Origin: a virus | Virus record (IMG/VR): IMGVR_UViG_3300027800_000005 | Direction: 5' to 3' (one strand) | DNA: 50,637 bases | In this document: piece by piece, positions 7,754 through 18,316 of the stretch | Layout of the letters: every line of letters starts with the position of its first letter | Numbering within the stretch: the stretch's first letter is position 1 | Translations under genes and position numbers: made by a program | The notes under the pieces: model-generated | The model's input: the letters and a program-made list of their open reading frames with translations, nothing else | What the model was told of the DNA's origin: nothing | Database searches by the model: none

Positions 7754-10700
7754 ATGGCAGCAGATGCTTCTATTGTATTTGATACGAGGCTTGACCCGTC
7801 TGGGTTTAAAAGCGGAATAGATAATATAGACAACAGCTTTATTAAGATGAGAGATACTTTGGCTGATGTAGCGTCTGCATCCGAGGATGCATTTGATAAT
7901 AAGGCCCAAGATGGCCTTGATAAACTTTCCCAAAAATTGGCCAGACAATTGGAAGAACTTGAAAAAGCCCGTGCTGCAGTATCATTACTTGGAGAAGAAT
8001 ATGCCAAGTTGGTGAGCGGAGAGCAGCAACCCAAGTCGGTTACTAACCTGATTAAAGACCTTGGTTTGGTAAATGCAGAGATTGAAAAAGAGATTGCCAA
8101 CAACAATAGATTAGTTCAATCTTTTGCAGAGGCCGGAGACGCAGTAAAGACACTCACGGAAGGCAAGCTCGGTGGGGCATTTATCGGAAATAATGTTGTT
8201 TCAAGCGTAGACGTTGCATCACAGGTTCAGCAATCATTAGGAGTTGAACTTGATGAGTCGAGTCGAAAGCTTGACGAGATGAATGCTAGAGCGAAAACAT
8301 TGTCTACTAGTCTTAGCCAGGTAAAACTTGACCCATCTATTAGTCAAGAGGCAAGAGAAACAGGTACTGAACTGGAACTCGCTGCTAGCAAAGCAAATAG
8401 ACTTTCAAACGAAGCCCAGAGTACCGAAGCAAAGATTAAACAGGCACTTGACGCCAAGGTACCTGACAAATGGGCTGCTTCTGTTGAGAGAGGCACTAAT
8501 GCTTCGCATAGGATGGCATCTGGAATAAACGAAGTAGGTAGACACGCAAAGACATCTACCGGTATTATCGAGAAAATGGCAAAAAAGCTTGTAAGCATGG
8601 CCAAAACTATGATTGTTTTTTATCTATTCAGAAATGCAATTAGTTCAATGAGGAGCTACCTTGGTGACCTTCTTAAAACAAACGAACAATTTACAAAGAG
8701 TCTGAATACAATCAAGGTTAACCTTAAGACTGCATTTCAGCCAATATACCAAGCCATACTACCATCTTTGAATTTGCTGATGCAGGCACTTGTTAAAGCC
8801 TCGCAATACCTAGCATTATTTATTAGTATGTTGTTTGGCAAGACCTATGAAGAGTCAAAGGCCGCTGCCGAAGCCGCCAACGAAGAGGCAGAGGCACTCA
8901 AAAATGTAGGTAAAGCTGCAGACAAATCTGCAGGCTCATTACAAGCTTTTGATGAAGTGAACAAAATACAGACAGATACGAGTAGTTCAGCTACATCTTC
9001 GTCGGATGCATTTGAAGAAGCTCCTATGCCAGAGTTCAATCCGAAGTGGGTTGCGATTTTGCAGAAGGTGTCCGACGGTATCAGGGAAACTATCACTTGG
9101 ATTAAGGATAATTTTGATAAGATTTTGACGGTAGTGGAGGCCATTGGCATATCAATATTGGCATGGAAAGTTGCACAAGGTTTAATTACTGCATTAAAAT
9201 TTATAGCAGGCCTTGGTACTCTTTCATTAGGTTTTGTACTTCCCGCTATTGGTTCGCTAGGATTCCTTAGTGACTTGATAGAGTTTATGAAGTATTTCAA
9301 TGACTTCAAGGAAAATGGCGCAACCTTCGGCAATGTGACAGGGATGATTAGTGAATTCGCTGGTATGGTTGGCGATATTCTGATTATTCTTGGAAAATCA
9401 AAAATAGGTGCAGCATTAAAACTTATTCAAGGTGTCGGAGAGATTGTAATTGCTATTGAAGATATGACTAAGAATGGGATAAATTGGGAGAACGCAATGA
9501 CTTTCGTCCGAGGACTCTCTAACTTAGCCATAGGGATAGGCGTATATATAGGGATAGCCACTGGTAATTTTAGGGTTGCCGGTATTGGTGTTGCATTACA
9601 AGGGTTTTCGACTATTATAACTCAGATTAGTGAGAACTGGGAGGCAATCAAAAAGGGAGACTGGAGTGGAGTAGACAAAGCTGCAATGGTTGTTGCAGTA
9701 CTTGAAGTACTTGGTGGTATTGCTTTGGCACTTGGTGCATTCTCTAAAGTGAAGGATGTTGCTGATGCAGGCAAAGCGGCTGCGGCTCTTAAACCTGTTG
9801 GTGATACTGTGGGTCAGCTATCTACGGCAACAGGGGGTTTATCTACTAAACTTACATCACTTGCAAAAAATCTTGGTATGGGAATTGTTATTATTGCAGA
9901 GGTTGCAGTTGCAGCTATTCTTATTGTTGCTGCAATTTGGGTATTGGGTAAAGGTTTAGAACAGGTTGGAATTGCTTGGGAACCCGTGATTGCAAATGCC
10001 GGAACAATCGCTATTGCAATGGGAATTGGTATTGCATTCCTCGCAGCCATTGGTGTTGTGACTGCATTACTTGGTTCTGTTGGTGCATCTCTGATTCTGA
10101 ATATTGCATTAGGCACTGCGATGCTTTTACTCATAGGGGTGGCGGCAGTGTTATTCCTGGCAGAGATATGGTTGATTGGTAAAGGCCTTGACGAGATTGG
10201 CAAAGCATGGCAACCGGTGATTGACAATGGAGAGAATATTGCATTAGCTATAGGCCTTGGCACGGCATTGTTAATCGCAATCGGTGTGGTGACTGCTTTG
10301 CTCGGTGTAGCTACTGTTGCCTCTGCCGGTTTATTACCTCTTGCAATCGCACTTGGCACCGCTATTCTCCTCGAACTTGGGGTTGCTGCAGTACTATTTA
10401 TTGCGGAGATTGTGATAATAGGATTGGCACTCCAAGCAATTGGGGTAGCTTGGCAACCTGTGTTGGATAATGGAGAAACAATAGCTAAAGGGATTGAACT
10501 AGGAACTGCTCTTCTCATCGGGATAGGTGTTGCTACTGCACTACTCGGTGTTGCTAGTGTAGCTTCTGTTGGGTTGTTACCTTTGGCGATTGCACTCGGT
10601 ACAGCAATTCTTGTTGAATTGTCTGAGTCGTTTATCATCTTTACAGAAAATTTGGTAAAAGTTGCGGACGAACTGACGTACAAACTTTCACCGTCCCTGA

Positions 10701-11563
10701 GGAACCTCAACGATAGTATGCCAACTCTTTCGTCGGACTTAAAATCATTCATAGGGTTTATGGAACAGTTTGCAGGTTACATGGTAGATTATACAAAAGC
10801 CAGTGCCTCATCTAAACTGACAGCAACCATTGATACGGTAATAGGATGGTTTACAAAAGACCCTATTAAGAAACTTGCAGACGATGTAGAAAAGAACTAT
10901 AACCAATTTGTTGTATTGAATGGAAAACTAAACCTCGTAATACCTGAAATGGGAAAAGCGAGAGATATGCTAAAATCGTATACGACACTGATGGATGAGA
11001 TACAGACTACTACATCTGGCAAAGGTAAGATTACCCTTAGCAATGACATTTTTATAAACATGAAAGACTATGGTAAAAACTTGACATCTGGATTAGCAGA
11101 AGGAATTAAACAGAACAGTGGCCTGGTTGTTAGTTCATTTAATTCTATGTTGAACGGTATGAGCAATAGCTTGAACTCTTGGGTTACAAATTTGGTTAGT
11201 GTATTTAATCAGATTATGGCTGTGATTGCAAAGATATCAGGGAGTATGCCAAATGCAGGTAAATCTCCTGTACCGCAGGTTAACATTTCCAATACTAACA
11301 TACCAAGGCTTGCACAAGGTGGCTTAATTCCTCCGAACAATCCGAGAACGGTAATGGTTGGTGATTCAAGAGAAGACGAAATCGTTTCCCCACGGTCTGC
11401 TATCCGAGAAGAGGTTATGAATGCACTTGCACAATTTGGAGGCGGTGGCGAAGAGACGACAACAATAGTTGTAAATCTTGATGGTGAGCAAATTTACAAG
11501 AATGTTATTCGTAGAACTGAACGAGATAGACGTCGTACCGGAATGTCTCCGGTAACGGTTTAA
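7754..11563 (+). CDS. Tape measure protein.
   Basis: 1269 aa. Coiled-coil N-terminal third, a central hydrophobic repeat region, and a canonical position in the tail module. Confidence 0.9.
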   Translation: MAADASIVFDTRLDPSGFKSGIDNIDNSFIKMRDTLADVASASEDAFDNKAQDGLDKLSQKLARQLEELEKARAAVSLLGEEYAKLVSGEQQPKSVTNLIKDLGLVNAEIEKEIANNNRLVQSFAEAGDAVKTLTEGKLGGAFIGNNVVSSVDVASQVQQSLGVELDESSRKLDEMNARAKTLSTSLSQVKLDPSISQEARETGTELELAASKANRLSNEAQSTEAKIKQALDAKVPDKWAASVERGTNASHRMASGINEVGRHAKTSTGIIEKMAKKLVSMAKTMIVFYLFRNAISSMRSYLGDLLKTNEQFTKSLNTIKVNLKTAFQPIYQAILPSLNLLMQALVKASQYLALFISMLFGKTYEESKAAAEAANEEAEALKNVGKAADKSAGSLQAFDEVNKIQTDTSSSATSSSDAFEEAPMPEFNPKWVAILQKVSDGIRETITWIKDNFDKILTVVEAIGISILAWKVAQGLITALKFIAGLGTLSLGFVLPAIGSLGFLSDLIEFMKYFNDFKENGATFGNVTGMISEFAGMVGDILIILGKSKIGAALKLIQGVGEIVIAIEDMTKNGINWENAMTFVRGLSNLAIGIGVYIGIATGNFRVAGIGVALQGFSTIITQISENWEAIKKGDWSGVDKAAMVVAVLEVLGGIALALGAFSKVKDVADAGKAAAALKPVGDTVGQLSTATGGLSTKLTSLAKNLGMGIVIIAEVAVAAILIVAAIWVLGKGLEQVGIAWEPVIANAGTIAIAMGIGIAFLAAIGVVTALLGSVGASLILNIALGTAMLLLIGVAAVLFLAEIWLIGKGLDEIGKAWQPVIDNGENIALAIGLGTALLIAIGVVTALLGVATVASAGLLPLAIALGTAILLELGVAAVLFIAEIVIIGLALQAIGVAWQPVLDNGETIAKGIELGTALLIGIGVATALLGVASVASVGLLPLAIALGTAILVELSESFIIFTENLVKVADELTYKLSPSLRNLNDSMPTLSSDLKSFIGFMEQFAGYMVDYTKASASSKLTATIDTVIGWFTKDPIKKLADDVEKNYNQFVVLNGKLNLVIPEMGKARDMLKSYTTLMDEIQTTTSGKGKITLSNDIFINMKDYGKNLTSGLAEGIKQNSGLVVSSFNSMLNGMSNSLNSWVTNLVSVFNQIMAVIAKISGSMPNAGKSPVPQVNISNTNIPRLAQGGLIPPNNPRTVMVGDSREDEIVSPRSAIREEVMNALAQFGGGGEETTTIVVNLDGEQIYKNVIRRTERDRRRTGMSPVTV
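9944..10650 (+). repeat. Three tandem ~78-81-aa (~234-243 nt) hydrophobic repeats inside the tape measure gene.
   Basis: The unit LGKGL.E.G.AW.PV..N...IA...G.G.A.L..IGV.TALLG......L...IALGTA.L...GVAAVLF.AEI. is read three times in the translation. Confidence 0.85.
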
Positions 11564-11575
11564 GGAGGCTATATT

Positions 11576-11935
11576 ATGGCGTTTCAATTAAACGGAAATA
11601 CACCTATAAGAATGCCGGAGTCGATTGAACCGGAACTCAATGACATCCATTCTGAAAAGACTGCGAGAAATGCATTGGGCGATATGCTTATTGATGTAAT
11701 AAATGAAAAAGACAAATATGGCCTCACTTGGAAAGTTATTGACTTTGACACAGCTCATTCGATTTTGGCAATGATGCCAAAAGAAGGTTTTACCATGACG
11801 TACTACGACCCAGATAGTGGGACCGAAGTTACCAGAGATTTCTACAGAGGAAATAGAGTTTTGTCGATAGCGTATATGGATGCTTCTGGCAAACCTTTTT
11901 ACAGAAGTCTACGCGTTTCAGTAATAGCTAGATAG
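11576..11935 (+). CDS. Small tail protein in the distal-tail-protein position.
   Basis: 119 aa, RBS taaggagg, between the tape measure and tail-tip genes. No motif recognised. Confidence 0.5.
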   Translation: MAFQLNGNTPIRMPESIEPELNDIHSEKTARNALGDMLIDVINEKDKYGLTWKVIDFDTAHSILAMMPKEGFTMTYYDPDSGTEVTRDFYRGNRVLSIAYMDASGKPFYRSLRVSVIAR

Positions 11936-11947
11936 GGGGTTGGTATA

Positions 11948-14900
11948 ATGTATAGCGTATCTTCAGCATTCAATCTTGCGATTCACCAGCCTATTAGGGT
12001 ACTAAAGTCAAAAGTGGTTGTTTCTGGTGGCAGCACTTTTGATGATAATGTTATTCAGTCGATTACAATTAAGCGTTCTGTAATTCCAGAGAATGGATTT
12101 GTATTGGGTGGAGTAAACTCTACTCAGGTGACTATTTGTTTGCTTGACCCGGATGATTCAATATCACCAGAAGATTTTACAGGAGTAGAACTCACACCAC
12201 ATATTGGTGTAAAACTTGCAGACGAGACTTATGAGTATATTCCTATGGGTATTTTTATTGCAGACCAACCTACAAGAAAAGAAGGCATACTGGAGATTAT
12301 AGCGTTTGACAGAATGGTTTTGTTGGAAAAACCGTTTGAGAGTGCTATATCATACCCATCTACTCCTTGGGATATTTTACAAGAGATTGTGGCTGCATCT
12401 GGATTAGTTTTAGACAATACGTCAATTCTGAATGGTGATTCATATATAATGTCTGCAGTTGTTGACGTGACTATGAGACAAATGGTTGGGTATATTGCAG
12501 AGGTTGCTGGTGGATATGCAAAGATTACAAGAGACGGTAAACTAAAAATTGTCAAGTTTGAAACAGGTACTGCATTAGAAGAAATAAAACCATCCAACTA
12601 CTTTGCCCCTATGGCGGTTGCTGATACTGCATTGACGATAACTGGAATTACAGTTAGGCCTACACCGTCCATTGTCGGAAAGACTTACGGAGCAACAGAC
12701 AATCCTTACGTAAGCATAGGCAATCCAATTTTGAAAAGATACCCGACAGATACTATAAATAGTTTATTGAGTTCGCTGTCTACGGTCAACTATTGGCCGT
12801 TTAGTGTTGAATGGCAAGGCAACCCGGCATTAGACGAAGGTGACTACATAACTGTTCAGGATGTAAAAACCAACACAGTGAGAAATACAATATTCGGAGA
12901 CGAAACATTGTCATACTCTGGTGGTCTGCGTTCTGCAATATCACTTTCTGCTCGGTCTGCACAAAAGAATGCAACAGATACACAAACGAGCATTAGCAAT
13001 CAATTTAATAGTATGTCTGGTGGTATGGATGGTCGTCCGATGTTCGGCATAAATAATCACTTGATGGCAGATTTTTATGGTATAAACCCAGATTTTATCA
13101 AGAGAACTAACAATAAGGTTATTAACTCTGGTTTTGAATTACACGACGCTACTACTATGAAACCTGTTGGGTGGTCTGGTGACGGTGTTGCATCTGCCGA
13201 AGAAGCCTGGGAAGGTAGCAAGTCATTAAAACTATTGTCTGGCAATATTATGATTCAAGAGAACGGTGTTATTTTAGAAGGTAGAGATAGGATATCGTTT
13301 AGGCATAAAGGCGGAGCGGTAAATGTAAGGGTTACATCAGGCGCCACAACAGAAGAATATGTTTGGTCATCTACAACTACTGCACACTTTCCTTCGGGAA
13401 CTGTGAATGCATCAGATAGCCCCACTGCAGTGAAGTTATCAGATGGCAGAGTTTTGTATATGTATGCTGCAAATTCAGGAATATATCAGGCATATATAGA
13501 TTCTGTTGAGAACTTTGTATCACAAGATAATACCGTTGTAAACCCAACTCTGGTTGAGGGTAGTCTGCTATTTCCTCGTGTATTGGTATTCAATTCACCA
13601 GATGGTGATTTGTTCCATATTAGGTGTTATTGTAATAATGCAGATACTAAGGCCAGGGTTAGAATATATAAATGTTCTGTAGGCGATGGTTCAGATTGGC
13701 AGTATTATTCTGATGTATATGAGGTTGCAGGATATACCGGAAATACAGCTTATGTTGGTAGCCATCCACTTGGTATTCATTTTGAAGGTTCAAGGTGGAT
13801 ATTGGTGGCTCCTGGACTTTTTTATGATTCTGGTTGGCTAATGGAGTCGATAGGCATTAGTACTTCCGATAACGGAGGTTTAGCTTGGACACGCAGATAC
13901 AATAACGACGGCCTTCTTGCAATGGCTTATTTGGAAATGTGCTCCAGAAATATTTCTATCAACATGGATGGTGATTTGTGTTGGACATGGTCATCGAGTG
14001 CAGGACTTGGTAGCAATGTTTACTTGACTTCTACAGATGGTACTAGTTGGACTCAGATTGTTTCATCACCTTATGCAAATACGTTATACCAATCTTTTCC
14101 TTTAATAAGTGATGGTGGTAAACAATATATTTTGAGAACCAATGATTCTCATTTATTTAGTTCGACTACTCAGCCTACTGTTTTACCTCTTACTGGAGAT
14201 ACTTTTGACGACTGGACTTATGTAGATACTCTTCCGGCTCTGGGGTTTGCGGCAGGCATAAATATGATATTTCAAGTATTAGGTAATACTCTTGTTGCTA
14301 TGAAAGGTGGATGGGCAGGGGTTGCCACTGTACTCGGCATTACAATCCAGTTGAATAGATTACATTTGTATGACAATAGCACAGATGAGGGAACTGACGA
14401 ACCTGTTGCTTGGCAAGACGGTGACTCACTTACTTACGGTCCTCAAGATTATTGGGAATATGCAACTCCACCTGCATTAGATTCTATCAGAGAACCCGAG
14501 GCATATATTACTCAAGGTTTTCACACATTCTTTTTTGAGTCGACTGCAGTTCCAATATATATTGAGTTTGAGTGTGTTGATGAAACAGACCCTTGCTATA
14601 TAGATGCTGTTCAACTTGAACCCGATTTTAATGGAAAATGGCCGAGTATTTACATGCCTGGTTTAATGAGTGTTCCTGCAGAAACACATGCAGATACTCA
14701 TAAAACAACAGGCAGTGACCCGATTTCACCTGATGATATAGGTGCAGAAACTCCCACTGGTGCACAAGGCAAAGTAGATTTGGCAGTCTTACCTTTTGCC
14801 GGAGGTACTGTTGGTCAGGTATTGAAAAAGGCATCAGATGATGACTTTGATTTTTCTTGGTCAAATGAGTCTGGTGGTACTGGTTCTTTCAATTTCATAG

Positions 14901-17548
14901 TGGAAGAACTTACCTCGGCATCTATACAGGCGGCATTAGATAGTGCTGAATTAGTTGGTGGAGGGGTGGTATTGGTACCTGCAGGTACTTATATTATAAC
15001 TGAGAAAATCAAAGTACCATCCAATATAATGCTTGTTGGTGTTGGCAATGTTATTTTTATTAGGTCGGCAGCTATAGACAATATCCTTATAAACGATGCA
15101 GACGGAGTAACTGGAGGCTATCTTGCTAATAAAAATATAAAGATTGATAACATTAAATTTGATGCCAACAATACAAATTTTAGTTCTGATTCTACTTCAT
15201 TGACTTTCGGCCATGCTAATAATATTATCATAAACAATTGTGAATTCTATGGGACCAATACAAGTTGGCATGATTTGGAATTGAATGGCGTTGATAATGC
15301 ATTGGTAAAGGGTTGCTACTTTCATGGTTATACCGGTTCTGCAGAAATTATGCAACTCGATTTGATGAATAGTTCGTCTTGTTTCCCATGGTTTGGTCCA
15401 TATGATAATACTGCATGCAAAAATATTTTGATTAGTCAATGTATTTTTGAGGGCAACAATGTAGCTAATGTAAAAGGGATAGGTAACCATACATTCACTG
15501 CTAATTACTACCCTTCATACATTAAAATTGAGAAATGTCAGTTTACTAACCTTATATATGCGATAAACCTACAAGACGTTTCACATTTCATTGTCGAAGA
15601 AAATTCATTTGTTGGGTGTAGATTTGCTGTATACTTTGAAAACAAATCGAATGTTGATACTGACTGGATTTTGCAGAATAATATCCATATTCAGACGTAT
15701 GCAGGAGACAACGTTGACGATAGGTTCTTCTGCGCTCCTGTTACGGTGACATCTGCTACTAATCTTATAGGCATAAAGTTTATTGGTAATAAGATAAGCG
15801 GGTGCCACACTCACGGCATCGGTGTGACTGCAACTAATGTTATTGCAGAAGCGAATATCATAACCGGATGTGGCAAGAATGGTATTTATTTATATGGAGT
15901 AATAAATGCCATTGTGTCTGGGAACATTCTGACTGACAATGCGATATACAATGATGGAGTTGATAGGGCAGACTTGTGTGTAGGCAATAATGCTGCTACT
16001 GCATCAGCAAATGTTCTTCTGTTGAATAATAGGGTTGGTAAATTATTGATTGGTACTAACATTAATGATGTTATTGTCACAGACAATATTATTTCCGTAT
16101 CGTTTGTTGACAATAGTGGTGGTACTGAGTGTACAGAAACTGATAATTTGATTGCTGGAGATTGGAGTGGAGGCGAATCTTCATACACATTACCGCAAGC
16201 AAATGAGAGTATATTGGGTGGTATTAAGGCCGCTTCAAAGGCAGATGGTGATACTCAGGTTGTTAAGATAGACCCTGCTACAGGATTGTTATATGTTCCT
16301 CCCGCAGCGGCGGCCGAGAATGGATTACCAGCTGGAGGTACTACAGGGCAGGTTCTTGGCAAAACATCCGATACTGATTACGATGTTGAATGGTTAGATG
16401 CGGCATCTGGGGGCGTTGGGGTTGCTACAGGAAATTATGGGTGGAAAAATAGCTGGGCAGGCATTCCAACTACTACAACATCTGTATATATTTCAAAAGG
16501 AGCACTTGTGATGCCATTGGCAGATATTAAAATAATGGGGATGAACCTTCCTATTGATGAGGCTGCAGGCAATACATTTAAGTTTGGCATTTATGAGGTT
16601 AACTCTAGCTATGTGCAAACTGCAATAATATTTGAAAGTGATGTTATGACATCTATTGGAAAAGCCGTATATGTGCAGAAATTTACCGAGGTAATTACTT
16701 TCCTAAGTGGTCACTATTATATTGTTGCAGCATTTACTACTACCTCTGGAGATACTTACATTGGTGCATGTTCAAGTTCGATTATATATGAGCCGTACGA
16801 AGGTGGATTTAAGGGTTTTGCTCGCTTAAATGCTTTACCATCGAACGGAGCCACGTGGGGTGTTTCGGTTATAGGCGACCCTTATGCAACTGGTTTATTG
16901 GTTGAACTTATCGAACAGACTGCGGCAATTGCATATCAGAACCCAATTGATGAGCCTCCTGCTACTCCGAATGCGATGGATGATGAGTTTTCTGGCACAA
17001 CTTTGGATGCAAAATGGTCATGGATTGACCAGGGGACTGCAACAATTGAAATTGGTGGTGGCTATGCGAAAATAGGAATGTTCTCATCTGGAGACAATGA
17101 GAGAATTATAGTTCAGGCGGTACCGACTGCACCGTATACTGTTATTGGAAAGATTCGATTATATTTTCCAAATGCAAACTATTCCACCTTTGGATTAGCA
17201 ATATATAATTCTGGTAATGGTAGACGTGCAGTGTTGGGAATTGGTACAACAGCAGGCAACACAAGGGCTCACTGTATTGGGTTTAATGCTGCAACAACAT
17301 ATGCTACAGATATACTATCAATAGCAGGATATGGTGACCCATCGGCAGTTCATTATGTCAAGATAAATGTGACAACCACAGGATTTTCTTTATACATATC
17401 CTGTGATGGAGACGAGTGGACATACATAGGGGCTGCGGCTTTTTCAACATGGATTGGGGCAATAACTCATGTTGGGATTGGTTACTTTAGGAATAATTCT
17501 GACGGTGTTGTCCATTCAGGTCGTTGTGATTGGTTTAGGGTAATATGA
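11948..17548 (+). CDS. Giant tail-tip / tail-associated protein (1866 aa). It combines an N-terminal Tal-like module, a BNR/sialidase-like propeller, a pectate-lyase-type beta-helix and a C-terminal ConA/LamG-like lectin domain.
   Basis: Asp-box-like motifs STSDNGGLAWT (~13859) and TSTDGTSWT (~14029). Beta-helix entry motif IQAALDSA...GGGVVLVPAGTYII and many NN.I.NN-type coils (~14890-16170). DEFSGTTLDAKWSW lectin-like start (~16975). Duplicated GGT.GQVL.K.SD.DYD..W motif (~14800 and ~16330). Confidence 0.85.
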   Translation: MYSVSSAFNLAIHQPIRVLKSKVVVSGGSTFDDNVIQSITIKRSVIPENGFVLGGVNSTQVTICLLDPDDSISPEDFTGVELTPHIGVKLADETYEYIPMGIFIADQPTRKEGILEIIAFDRMVLLEKPFESAISYPSTPWDILQEIVAASGLVLDNTSILNGDSYIMSAVVDVTMRQMVGYIAEVAGGYAKITRDGKLKIVKFETGTALEEIKPSNYFAPMAVADTALTITGITVRPTPSIVGKTYGATDNPYVSIGNPILKRYPTDTINSLLSSLSTVNYWPFSVEWQGNPALDEGDYITVQDVKTNTVRNTIFGDETLSYSGGLRSAISLSARSAQKNATDTQTSISNQFNSMSGGMDGRPMFGINNHLMADFYGINPDFIKRTNNKVINSGFELHDATTMKPVGWSGDGVASAEEAWEGSKSLKLLSGNIMIQENGVILEGRDRISFRHKGGAVNVRVTSGATTEEYVWSSTTTAHFPSGTVNASDSPTAVKLSDGRVLYMYAANSGIYQAYIDSVENFVSQDNTVVNPTLVEGSLLFPRVLVFNSPDGDLFHIRCYCNNADTKARVRIYKCSVGDGSDWQYYSDVYEVAGYTGNTAYVGSHPLGIHFEGSRWILVAPGLFYDSGWLMESIGISTSDNGGLAWTRRYNNDGLLAMAYLEMCSRNISINMDGDLCWTWSSSAGLGSNVYLTSTDGTSWTQIVSSPYANTLYQSFPLISDGGKQYILRTNDSHLFSSTTQPTVLPLTGDTFDDWTYVDTLPALGFAAGINMIFQVLGNTLVAMKGGWAGVATVLGITIQLNRLHLYDNSTDEGTDEPVAWQDGDSLTYGPQDYWEYATPPALDSIREPEAYITQGFHTFFFESTAVPIYIEFECVDETDPCYIDAVQLEPDFNGKWPSIYMPGLMSVPAETHADTHKTTGSDPISPDDIGAETPTGAQGKVDLAVLPFAGGTVGQVLKKASDDDFDFSWSNESGGTGSFNFIVEELTSASIQAALDSAELVGGGVVLVPAGTYIITEKIKVPSNIMLVGVGNVIFIRSAAIDNILINDADGVTGGYLANKNIKIDNIKFDANNTNFSSDSTSLTFGHANNIIINNCEFYGTNTSWHDLELNGVDNALVKGCYFHGYTGSAEIMQLDLMNSSSCFPWFGPYDNTACKNILISQCIFEGNNVANVKGIGNHTFTANYYPSYIKIEKCQFTNLIYAINLQDVSHFIVEENSFVGCRFAVYFENKSNVDTDWILQNNIHIQTYAGDNVDDRFFCAPVTVTSATNLIGIKFIGNKISGCHTHGIGVTATNVIAEANIITGCGKNGIYLYGVINAIVSGNILTDNAIYNDGVDRADLCVGNNAATASANVLLLNNRVGKLLIGTNINDVIVTDNIISVSFVDNSGGTECTETDNLIAGDWSGGESSYTLPQANESILGGIKAASKADGDTQVVKIDPATGLLYVPPAAAAENGLPAGGTTGQVLGKTSDTDYDVEWLDAASGGVGVATGNYGWKNSWAGIPTTTTSVYISKGALVMPLADIKIMGMNLPIDEAAGNTFKFGIYEVNSSYVQTAIIFESDVMTSIGKAVYVQKFTEVITFLSGHYYIVAAFTTTSGDTYIGACSSSIIYEPYEGGFKGFARLNALPSNGATWGVSVIGDPYATGLLVELIEQTAAIAYQNPIDEPPATPNAMDDEFSGTTLDAKWSWIDQGTATIEIGGGYAKIGMFSSGDNERIIVQAVPTAPYTVIGKIRLYFPNANYSTFGLAIYNSGNGRRAVLGIGTTAGNTRAHCIGFNAATTYATDILSIAGYGDPSAVHYVKINVTTTGFSLYISCDGDEWTYIGAAAFSTWIGAITHVGIGYFRNNSDGVVHSGRCDWFRVI

Positions 17549-17564
17549 TGGAGGAGGTAAAAAA

Positions 17565-18116
17565 ATGATAACAGTACAATTTAAAGCCGGAGAAAAGGTC
17601 ATAAAAACCAAACAAGGGTTTACCCATGATACTGGACAACAAATTACTATTCTTGGTTTGCTAAATCTGCCAGCGAATCCATTGGTTAGTTTTTATGTTG
17701 ATGACCTTGAGGAGTCGAGAATTGGCACATATATTGAAGGTGTGCTTGTTTGTGACATACCAAACATTATGGTAACGCATGATGTATTCGGTGCTGCAGT
17801 TAAAGTTGTTTCAGATACGTCAACTATTACTAAATATGCAGTTGTTATTACCCAAACAAGAATAGGAAAACCTTCTGGTGCAGTGTCTGTTGATGAACAA
17901 ACGTCTTTTGACCAGTTAGTGGCAATACTAAGTGGGTTGATTGCAGATGTTGAAGAATTGGAGGCTGGTATTGGAGATATTCCTTTTGCTTCTGAAACAG
18001 TTCTTGGTGGCATTATGGTTGGTGACAATCTTATAATGACTGATGGTGTATTATCTATTGATACAGAGGCATTGACCGACTATGTAGACACGGTTATACT
18101 AGGAGGTGCGTCATAA
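17565..18116 (+). CDS. Tail fiber / baseplate accessory protein.
   Basis: 183 aa, RBS ggaggagg. The C-terminal SETVLGGIMVGDNL.M.DGVLSID motif resembles ILGGIKAA...IDPATGLLYV in the preceding giant protein. Confidence 0.6.
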   Translation: MITVQFKAGEKVIKTKQGFTHDTGQQITILGLLNLPANPLVSFYVDDLEESRIGTYIEGVLVCDIPNIMVTHDVFGAAVKVVSDTSTITKYAVVITQTRIGKPSGAVSVDEQTSFDQLVAILSGLIADVEELEAGIGDIPFASETVLGGIMVGDNLIMTDGVLSIDTEALTDYVDTVILGGAS

Positions 18117-18304
18117 TGTACGAAACTGTACTTTCTTTATTCGTCGGAATTTGTGATGCCATAAGAACAAAAGATGGTACTACAGAGACTATTCAACACC
18201 AAGACATTCCCGATAGGATAACGGCAATAAAACCGCCGAGTAACTATGGGTTGGTCACATTCACTGCGGTTGTACCAACTGCTGCAGAAATTAAAATATC
18301 ATAA
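18116..18304 (+). CDS. Small tail-fiber-associated protein.
   Basis: 62 aa, TAATG overlap with the upstream gene, RBS aggagg. The motif ICDAIRTKDGTTETI..QDI is common next to Firmicutes phage fiber genes. Confidence 0.5.
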   Translation: MYETVLSLFVGICDAIRTKDGTTETIQHQDIPDRITAIKPPSNYGLVTFTAVVPTAAEIKIS

Positions 18305-18316
18305 GGAGGTAGAATT

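Noticed and set aside
9814-10752. Long minus-strand ORFs in the track, for example 9814-10752 (312 aa), 3369-4085, 4826-5419, 2784-3311 and 32750-33202.
   Set aside because: Each lies entirely inside a well-supported + strand gene (tape measure, capsid, connectors, recA). They lack RBSs and have low-complexity translations typical of antisense shadow frames. Every credible gene in the window is on the + strand.
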